From contig OX597815.1 of NCBI GenBank assembly GCA_951406725.2, positions 20,708,001 to 20,772,000 on the forward strand: 64,000 bases of DNA, given 5' to 3'. The stretch is from Octopus vulgaris (lineage: Eukaryota). The notes beneath the pieces were generated by a model. The model was given only the letters and a program-made list of their open reading frames with translations, was not told the DNA's origin and searched no databases. The position numbers and the translations under genes were made by a program. Each line of letters begins with the position of its first letter. Positions within the stretch are counted from its first letter, which is position 1. Below are positions 53,885 to 64,000 of this stretch, piece by piece.

Positions 53885-54167
53885 TGGAGGCACATGGCCT
53901 AGTGGTTAGAGCAGCGGACTCACGGTCGAGGGATCGCGGGTTCGAATCTCAGACCGGGCGATGTGTGTGTTTATGAGCGAAACACCTAAGCTGCACGTGG
54001 CTCCAGCAGAAGGTAATGGCGAAACTTCTGCTGACTCTTTCGCCACAACTTTTCTCTCACTCTTTCCTCCTGCATCTTGCAGCTCACCTGCGACGGACCG
54101 GCGTCCTATACGCCAAGGAAACCGGCCCTTATGAGCCAGGCATGGCTCGAGAAGGAACAAACAACAG
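53885..54167 (+). mobile_element. SINE family D variant with 10-bp TSD
   Basis: A/B boxes ggcctagtggttag and gggttcgaatctc; TSD cacacgcacg at 53875-53884 and 54168-54177. Confidence 0.8.
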
Positions 54168-57100
54168 CACACGCACGCACATACACATATATGCATGTAT
54201 GTATGCACGTATTCATATTCATTTATATGTACGTGGTTGTGAATATGCTTATATACGTCAATATTTGAAACTATTTTTGCACTACTGTTATTACCATTAA
54301 TATGGGGAGGAAATTAAGGCGGCGTGCCGGCAAAATCGTGAGCCTGCCCTATTTGGGGGTCGATAAACCATGTACCTGTTGAGTACTGAAACCAATATCT
54401 GGAAGAAATTACGTATGTACACATGTGTGTCAACATAATTCTCTCCAAGTGTTTAGCCTCCATTGACCAAGCGGACTACTGATTAATTGCATTTAAACTA
54501 TTATTTCGTCCCTGCTTTTTAAAAAAAATTTTATCCTTTACATCAAAAGACATTCTCCAACGTGTCCTTTTGTGTAAAGAAAAGGGAGTGATTTGAGAGA
54601 CATTAAGGTTACACTTGAAAGAAGTTCGAACTGACTGGCTTTGTCGTTGTTTGTGCTTGTAAAAGTGCTGATAATGTAGGTATTGTTATTGCCTCAATAT
54701 AGTTAAATGTATCTACTGATGCACGTTACTGGATTACTCGTATTATTGAAAATCAATCCTTGAGTGATTTGAACTCAGAAAGGGAAGGGACGTAATTATA
54801 TGATGAAAATCCACTTTTAATATATCAAATTCATCTAAGGCATAAGGTAGCGATCCAGCGGTATAGGTAGCACGTCGGGCGAAATGCTTAGCGGCATTTC
54901 GTCCATCTTTAAGTTCTGAGTTCAAATTCGACAGAAGTAGATTTTACCTTTCATCTCTTCAGGGTCGATAAAATAAGTACCAATTGAGTACTGGTTCGAT
55001 GTAAATGATTGACGTCCTTCCCCCAAAATTGCTGGCCTTGTGCCAAAATGTAAAACCAATAAGTTAAATTCATCTTTAAGGTGGCTAGCAAGCAGAATCG
55101 TTGGTGTGTTGACATTTTTTCTTTCTCTTTACGTTCTGCGTTCAAATTCCTTCGTGTTTACCTTTCATCCTTTCGGTGACAATAAAGTAAGTACAAGTCA
55201 AATACTGAGGTTGATTGAAGTGACTATCTCCCTCCCCTTAAAATTGCTTTTGCAATTTTAAAATTAGAAAGAATTTTTGATTTCATCCTGATTCATGATT
55301 AAAACAACAAAATATTTATAATCTTCTACTCAAACCGCCATTCAATACCTTTGCCTTGCACTCCTCATACAACAAAAGGCCCGCTAACTGGTCACTTGGA
55401 ATAATAGAAACATCCAGATATCTCACAAATCACACCAGTCGGCTATCCTTCAAATAAAATCATCTTTAAAAAGCAGAACACTTAGATATACTATCTCCAA
55501 AGGAAAGTCATGCTAACCACGATTGGTATATCTTTGGTCATATGTCCGCTTGATCAGAGTTAAATGATAACAAATGGCTTCTTTACTACACGATATTTGC
55601 AATACTGCTCAACAATAACTGCAATATACAAAACACATATAGTCCATAATGGCTTGTGATGTACTACTAGAGTCGATTATATAGAAGTCTGTCATATACT
55701 GGGATCATTGAATTCCCTACTACCACACACACACACGCACATATATTTAACATTGAAGAAATCTGAAAATTAGTGATCAATTTCTCACTCAATGGTATGG
55801 GGCATTTCTGATAGCGAGGAAAGCGAAGGAGTTTCTGAACAAGTATGGAAAGGACTTCGTTTGAAAATCATCTAATTTTCGATTTTCTCGTCGATGTTTA
55901 CATTATTCGCTGACACACACACACACGCACACACACACACACACACACAAACACACACGCACACACACATACACACACACAATGGGCTTCTGCACAGTTT
56001 CTACCAAATTCCGTTTATAAGGGGGTGTTGGTCAATATGAAGCTATGGTAGAAGAGAGTTGACCAGGGCGCCGCGCTGTAATATTGAACCCCGAACCACG
56101 TCAAACCAAAGCAAAACTCTTAACTACGATTTTTACTTTAGGTCTTCAGCTTAAATTTAAAATCATGCCAATAGTATTACTTTCTTTTTCCACCCTCCAA
56201 ATTTTGTTAAAACAAGCCACAGTCGGCTCTCACTGTACAGACTTATGATTAAGTGCATCCTGTGATCATTGCGTGTATTTCAAAATATATCAAGCAATGA
56301 GTTCTTTCCTTTGCTAAGACGACAGGTTGTGATTTAAGGGAATTTAAGTACTATTTCAAGAAGGTCATAGAGTGCTGATACCCAATCAATCGACTATACA
56401 CACTTCTCTAACAATATTTAATCCTCTTTTTGATGAAATTTTATATAGACAGTTATTGAATCTACATGTTTAACAGATGATATTAATTAGAAATCAATTC
56501 CCTACTACTGTGTAAAGGTCTAGTAATTCTCCAGATTTTTCAGTTCGAAGATTCTGAGATGTCCCCCACCCATTTTTTTTTTTATTACTGAAATTTACTT
56601 AATTTCCCCATCCGTTGCCCATAATCAGTTTCTTTTACGGTATCTCGGAATCCAGTCGGTTACATTTTCGTCTGCCTGTTGTCACTCATCTTCCGGACAT
56701 GTCCACCTCAATTCAATTTCAATCATTTTATAAACCTGATAATGCTATTTCATTTCGTTTGTTCTCAGATCCATTTCGTTGCTGTCTAGTCCTTCCACGT
56801 TATTCTAAGTATTATGCATTCGTGAGCATAATGGACACAACTAATTAGAAGATTAGCGAGCAGAATCGATGAATAGGCAACAACGGATCACACAGAAGAT
56901 TAAAAGTATTCATTCATACAATACATGACAACTAATGAACAGATCCATGTAACCAAACAAAGAAAGAGTGGGAGTCCTAGAATAAATGAACTTAAATCTT
57001 TTCAGCTTTTACCTTCAAGGATACGGCTGGTGTTGTCAGACAGGAGTTACATGTCCTTTCTTTAGATAAGAAATAACTACTTTTTCTATAAACCAATGGT

Positions 57101-58009
57101 GTCTGCATCTCCTCATATCTAAAGTAATATCAATAAATATTGTGATAAGGCAGTTATTTTATAGATTATAAATTCTCACTGATTAAAGGCCTCTTTAAAC
57201 TTCATTTACACAGCGTTCTATCACACCTATCTAGATAAATATGATAAAGACGAATCTAGAGTAGAGCCTCTTCTTAGTCGACCAACTTATAAAATATTCC
57301 ATCTCTCAAATCAAACTCTTCTATCTCAAATAATGAAAGAGGCATTGAGCGATGAAGTCCATGATAAACAAAAAGTGGTGATGGTTACGATTGGAACGCC
57401 TCCTCCATAAGGGCTGATCGCATACTAAATTGTAAAAAAATATGATCAAGATTGGTTGTAGACTTTTCTTATCCAAATATATGCATATTAAAAAAAAATC
57501 ACCTATTCATCTCATTAATTGATTGACATTGATTCTGGTACCACTCTGACTTTTCAGATGAGTTAACATTCCTGTTCAGCTTCCATTGTAATCGTTCCAT
57601 TGCTTTATTTCTATCGAAATTTATTCTTCAGATCACTCTTATTTCATTATATTCTCGTTTAAACTGATATGCTGCAACACATGACCTCTCCTCACAATTG
57701 TCTCCAAGCGCTATGAACAAATGTCATTGCCTCTATAATGTTTTTTCTATTTTTTTCCTTTCAGTTTGGAACAACCCGCCCTCTGTGTTTGCATCCCGAT
57801 AATTTCATTGAAAAGAGTTTAAGAGTGATAAATGTCTATTTTCAATTTGCACTCAAAAAAATCCGAAAGAGAATCAGAGCAAACGTTATAGTAACTTTCA
57901 AATGAATTATGCTCCTTCTGTCTGCCTGTCTGTCTTTCTCTCGCCTTCTCTTATTTCTCTCCCTCTCTCATTTCTCTCTCCTCTATGATATATATATATA
58001 TATATATAT

Positions 58010-58241
58010 ATTTCTTTACTACCCACAAGGGGCTAAACACAGAGGGGATAAACAAGGACAGACAAACGGATAAAGTCCATTAGATTGACCCCAGTGCGTA
58101 ACTGGTACTTATTTAATCGACCCCGAAAGGATGTAAGGCAAAGTCGACCTCGGCGGAATTTGAACTCAGAACGTAACGGCAGACGAAATACTGCTACGCA
58201 TTTTGCCCGGCGTGCTAACGTGTCTGCCAGTTCGCCACCTT
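58010..58241 (-). mobile_element. SINE family C, full length
   Basis: Highly similar to 3531-3765. Confidence 0.85.
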
Positions 58242-59253
58242 AATAAGTCAAACAATGATACACAAACAATGAGAGTTGGGCATCCAAATCATTAAATCAT
58301 TACAAACTATAAGAGAGAAGAAACAAATATATATATATACATATAGACTGAATAAGAAACTAAAAACAGGAAATATCTCTCTAGAACTAGTAAAACACAA
58401 TTTCAATACTTTCGAAATTAACCAAATGTCACTGAACTTACAAAATTATTCAATATATCAAAGAAGGTGAGATAAAAAAATATTGAAATATTTGTCTGGC
58501 AATGAACAATGTCAAACACATCTTATAAAACTGAGTGAAAAAAAAGGTGCCATTTTTATGCTTAGCAAAAATTGTTTACGGTCTGCCTCATATTTCAACA
58601 AATCCTTAAATAAAATACCACCATACTAGTATAGACCTCAGAAGGAGTTCTGTCAGAAACGTTTTAAGCAATTAATATCAAATGTTTAAATAGCATACTA
58701 CGATCACACAAATGTAGCAATAATTACGCGAACCAATAATTAACACAAATAAATGTCATGTAAAGAATAAGAAGAAAAAGAAGATCGATAAGATAATAAA
58801 ATAAATTCCCTGAAGCATTAGTCATCTTAAAATAATTCCTATTGTTTAATTTCAAGAAAGAAGCGTGAACAATTTTAATTTCTCTATAAATAATAATGAT
58901 TTATTTTGCCGAGGCACAAGTAATTTTTTCTCTCTCAGGTCGATCTAATCGAAATAATGTTTGCTCATTTGATAGCGCATGTACTGTATAGGCAAAGGCA
59001 ATTGAAACAGGTTATGAATTTAGAAAACTGATTCCGTTAAACAATATAAATAATAAACATCCGATAACATTAAAAATATAAGTGTGTGTGTGTGTATGTA
59101 TGTGTAAAATACACACAGATACACATATATATTTTGAAAGGATTTTCAGCCTGCTCACCTTCGTCGGATTGTACAATTCTTTTTATAAGTCGGCATATAA
59201 ATGTTCTAATATCTACACAGCCTTGGTTTTTTTTTATTTCATTACGCAAAAAT

Positions 59254-59312
<59 letters not shown>

Positions 59313-59315
<3 letters not shown>

Positions 59316-59513
59316 TTTTATTCTTTTACTTGTTACAGTCGTTTGATTGTGGTCATAATGGAGCTAGTACTTATTCTATTGGTTTATTTTGCCGAACCAC
59401 TAAGTTACGTGGACGTATACTCACCAACACCGGTTGTTAAGCGGTGATGGAGGGTGTCAAACATGGAAACAAAGACACACAGATATATACATACACACAC
59501 GTACGCGCGCGCG

Positions 59514-59571
<58 letters not shown>

Positions 59572-59728
59572 CAACGGGCTTCTTTCTGTCTACTAAATCC
59601 ATCCTCAAGGCTTTGGTCGCCCCGAGGCTATAGTAGAATACATTTTCTCAACGTACCACGGAGTGGGACTGAACCCAGAACCATGTGGTTTGGGACACAA
59701 GCTGCTTATCACACAGCCACGCCGGCGT
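59313..59728 (-). mobile_element. SINE family A, near full length, with internal (CA)n(TA)n
   Basis: Head, CORE-like segment, microsatellite and tail all present. Confidence 0.75.
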
Positions 59729-59824
59729 GTATGTATATATGTATATATATATATATATATATAGCTATAGATATAGATATGCATGCATATATAAATATAT
59801 ATATGCACACACAGGTACATGCAT

Positions 59825-59858
<34 letters not shown>

Positions 59859-60063
59859 AAGCTCTAGTTTTGTGTGTGTATGCGTGTACGTATTTGCATG
59901 TGTGTACTAAAATGAGGAAATAGAATTAATTTTTACATAATGGTGTATCCTTTTCAACATTCACAATAAGGATTGAATTAAGCTGAAAAAACTATTGCGC
60001 GTGTAGACAATATTTTCTACTTCGGGTACAAGGCCGAAATTTTGGTGACAAGACAAGTAGACT

Positions 60064-60292
60064 TATTTCTTTACTACCCACAAGGGGTTAAACACAGAGG
60101 GGACAAACAAGGACAGATAGACGGATTAAGTCGATTATGTCGACCCCAGTGCGTAACTGGTACTTAATTTATCGACCCCGAAAGGATGAAAGGCAAAGTC
60201 GACCTCGGCGGAATTTGAACTCAGAACGTAACCGCAGAGGAAATACGGCTACGCATATCGCCCGGCGTGCTAACGTTTCTGCCAGCTCGCCA
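60064..60292 (-). mobile_element. SINE family C inserted into an older related SINE (60010-60455)
   Basis: Young copy flanked by agtagact on both sides; older element continues at 60293-60455. Confidence 0.8.
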
Positions 60293-60699
60293 GTAGACTA
60301 CATCGACCCAGTATTTGACTGGTACATGTTTTACCGGCCCCGTTAGAATGAAAGACAAAGACGACCTCCACTGAATTTGAACTCAGAGCTTGTAGCGGAA
60401 GAAATGCTGCTAAGTGCTTTGTCCAGCACTGGAAAGAGTCTGCCAGTTCGCCACTTCGCTCACTTGCATGTTTAGATAATAACGGTTGTAAATTTCGGTA
60501 CAAGCTAGCAATTTCGCCTGCTTAATCGTGAAGACCTCCGTTGTAGTGACATCAATGTCACTACACTATACACGACGACGATAACGACTTCCTGGTAAGT
60601 TGGCTGCTGATAAGTACAGATTTATCTCAACCATATAAGTCATGGAAGTTGGAACAGAGGAAGTAAATGCCAGCACCGAACTGGGCAGTTTATCTACAC

Positions 60700-61215
60700 G
60701 TGCCTCAGAGATTTGGACTCCAGGATACTTGTACAATTCAACCTGTTCGAGCTTCTTACTGCCCAGTTCGGTGTTAACATTTACTTCCTCTGTTCCTACT
60801 TCCATGAATTTTACGGTTAAGATAAAGACCATGCGTATTTGATACCTTCTCGACTCTGCTTATTATTTCTTGTAGTCTGACTTCAGTCTTGGCAAGTAGA
60901 GCAGTATTGTCTATAGAATTTAGACTAGAAATATGCAAACCATGTATTCCTGCATTGCTTCTTGTATTATCCACTCTGTGCAGATGTTGAACAAGTATGG
61001 AGAAAGTATACATCCCTGACGAACTCTTTTCCCATTTTCGAATTTTTGTGTTCTCATTATATAATCGAATGCAGGGGTTTTGCTGAATGTAAAGCTGGTT
61101 GATGAACCTAATGAGGTGATTCGGAATGCTGAAATTAGACATGATGCACCACATGTGGCTATAGTTTGCACAATCAAAACCCTTTCTGTAGTCAATATAG
61201 CAAAAGAATCTTTTA
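60700..61215 (-). pseudogene. Frameshifted RTE-type reverse transcriptase fragment
   Basis: YIDYRKGFD..LW, RVRQGCILSPYLFNI, DNTALLA, LEQVELYKYPG motifs across frames. Confidence 0.85.
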
Positions 61216-61275
61216 AAATTGTTTCATCCACAGCGACCTTTGGATCACTTTCATAAAATTTCATGGTGTTATCTA

Positions 61276-61636
61276 TTTATTTTATTATTATTTATTATTT
61301 ATTTTATCTAGTTTCAGCTCACGAGCTGTGGCCATGCTGGGGCACTGCCATTCGGTGTTGCTACATAATTTTACTTCACGAATACTTTTTAGCAATTGAC
61401 ATTTGGTGCATGAAAGTGTTTGATGCAGCTGCCCTCATCTGCACCTCCTGCTGTGAAGTTGGTTCATCTGGGACACCTGACAGGAAGAGGTCCAGCTTTA
61501 TTTTAAAGACATCTGCATCCACCCCATGCAGGTCTCTCAGGTCCCTCGGGAGGATATTGAAGAGCTGTGGGCCTCTGAAGCCCAGGCTATCACAGTATCT
61601 TGTCCTACATCTTGATGGCAAATTTGGAGTCCTTGC
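61276..61636 (-). mobile_element. 5'-truncated CR1-type LINE 3' end
   Basis: SLGFRGPQLFNILPRDLR..FKIKLDLFLSGVPDEP, then 3' UTR ccccagcatggccacagctc..gctgaaactag and A-rich tail. Confidence 0.8.
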
Positions 61637-61641
61637 TTTAC

Positions 61642-61725
61642 CTGTGGTGCATCTGTTAGGACTATTCTCTCTTGTGATTTGATAATGCGGGTCTTTGCAG
61701 CGTATTCTCCTTTAAGTTCCTTCAC
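61642..61725 (-). CDS. Candidate internal coding exon (VKELKGEYAAKTRIIKSQERIVLTDAPQ), host gene unidentified
   Basis: Branch-like TACTAAT, acceptor tttcctgcag, 84 nt with only the phase 0 frame open, donor CAG|GTAAAG. Confidence 0.5.
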
Positions 61726-62305
61726 CTGCAGGAAACTAATTAGTAGATAAAAGTGCGCTTTACGTTTTTGTTGTCACTGGAACTAACAAGGATGTAATAT
61801 AGCAGATTCTATCATACTTGGATCGTGGTCATATTTAGTACATCACATTATTTCTGTCTGTCTGTCTCTCTCTCTCCCTCTTTCTGTCTTTTGGTAAAGT
61901 TGTTGCGCTTCGATTGACCTCATTAAAAAAAGACAATAGAAAACTAATTAAAACCGTCGTCCATGATAAATGGTTTTGGCTAACCACAGAATTAGAGGCA
62001 CCAAATAAGACAGGATCTAACAAAAACTACAGTGTTAGGGTTGTTTCGTTTATCTCCAGGTCAGACATATATTCAACGTGACCATCTCTGCTTTTTGTAT
62101 ATTTACAACTATATTATCTAAAGTGATATTACTTTTTTAAGCCATTATGGTCCGATTTGATAACATTTTGCTTCTATTTCTAGCAAGAAGAGCGACAACA
62201 TGGTGTGATTCACACGAGGTCAGTATAGAAATATTTTTTATTAGTACTGCCAGGCATTGCGACAGAGTAAGCATACATTACACACGCATATCACTCATAC
62301 ATATT

Positions 62306-62345
<40 letters not shown>

Positions 62346-62382
62346 GTGTGTATGTATGTATATCTATCTATAACTATATCTA

Positions 62383-62503
<121 letters not shown>

Positions 62504-64000
62504 TTCGCACTTACGTGTCCATGCATATATATATATGTGTTTGTGCGTGTTTATGTGTGTCTACAATAAAGGATTCGATGAGAAATGTCAAGTTGCAACT
62601 CATTTTCATATTGTTATTTTTTCTTTCTCTTTTTCTTTTGTATGAAATACTGGTTCAAACAGCTGACCTTCATCTTCATAAATTGCTATTTAATTCCACT
62701 TGGACGTATTGAAGAGAAACGATCAATGTCTGTAGAATATTTTGTGATATTCACCAGTCAATTTACTTTTGCATAAATTTCTAAATTACGTTACAATGCT
62801 TACGCCAGTTTGTCTGGGTTAGTCTCTAAACGCTAAATCACACATTCTATTGATGGTTATCTCTGGTAATATTTTGATGTATATCATATTGTATCTTTAC
62901 TCCATCTTCTCTAATACTCGCCATCCATTTCAAATGTTCAATTTGCTACATTCCAGCGTCTTTAAACATTTTCAATTAGTAAAATGACTTTATCTCGCAT
63001 GAAATTTTCTCAAATTTCAAGAATGTTAAGTTCCAGATAATCATTATCTTGATTAAATACAAAGGTGTTCCACATTCGAAATTTTTATTCTTGTTTTTAA
63101 TTTACTTTAGTAATTTTAATGCGTTGCTGAACTCGGTTACCTTGTAAACGAAACCGATTCCTCTCCAAGTTATAGAATATTCAGTCTGAGAAACACCCTC
63201 CCCTTAACTTAATCCTATTCAGTTTGTAATAATCTCTCTTCTGTCAATTTGCTTCTAACATATGACCCATAGGATTCGAACTGTTCTACATAGAAATGAG
63301 TTCATCGCTTCATAACTGTTTCCCCATAAAGCATAATTTTTAGATAGATATTATAGCTCTCGACAATTTATAATGATTTTTTTTTCCTTCAAAGTCAATC
63401 CTCTGTCGCTATAACAAAATTAAATTTTATCTCTTACTTCTTTTCCCCCTCTTACTCTAACACAGAGTTGTTTTCAACAGCAGCCGAAATAGCTTTACTG
63501 TGCTCCTCCTTCGCCTGTGCTTATTAACTAACTCTGTAGTTTACATAGTATCAACAAAAATATCTATATTATATAAAATAATTTGTGTATCCTTTGTTTA
63601 CCGATTATATATTTCCATGGAATTGTTTGAGGCGCAGCGGTGCAAACAAACATTCGACACACTTTAAAAGTCATGTATAACATTCTAAACAACAATTGAT
63701 CTTTGAGACCGCATTCACAATCCAGCAGTCAATTTTGAAAACACGGGGTTTATGAAGAGTATTTTATCACAGCGCTATAATAGTTTAACGTAGTGACATG
63801 GCTGACACGAAGACTGACTCAATTGATGCAAAACCCTCATTAAGAGGGCAGACAAGCAATAGAAAAGCAAGCAGCCTTTGTATTAGCGTTATTGTATAGC
63901 TAACGGCAGGCAGCCATTTTAAGCGTAGCTTGAACAGCATGTTAGCCTATTTTTTTTCTTCATTTTCCCAGCCCTCCCCTGTTTGATTTTATTTGCAGAT

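Noticed and set aside
63141-63185. Minus-strand 45-nt exon candidate (TEYSITWRGIGFVYK)
   Set aside because: Weak acceptor, and it lies in what looks like a heavily decayed retroelement region.

Overview
AT-rich, microsatellite-saturated, repeat-dominated metazoan DNA. The SINE/LINE repertoire and (TA)n/(CA)n/(TATG)n density look like an octopus (coleoid cephalopod) intron or intergenic region; this is an inference from repeat style. Almost all listed ORFs are microsatellite or repeat artefacts. Supported content: several tRNA-headed SINE families, RTE and CR1/L2-type LINE fragments, a pogo/Tigger-type MITE, two copies of a GG-ended MITE (one with an 8-bp TSD) carrying TTAGGG repeats, two non-autonomous Helitrons, a degenerate tRNA-Arg(ACG), and two candidate minus-strand exons (61642-61725 and 49272-49298) that could end a host gene. 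The most striking signal is a dispersed set of minimal type I hammerhead ribozyme motifs. Four are near-complete (20587, 23455, 40857, 52128) and several are degenerate. They have palindromic helix III and often a long helix II insert, and they sit in short ORF-less, microsatellite-flanked units with inverted repeats, typical of Penelope-like terminal repeats. There is also an unexplained ~480-nt CpG-rich imperfect fold-back at 36507-36987.
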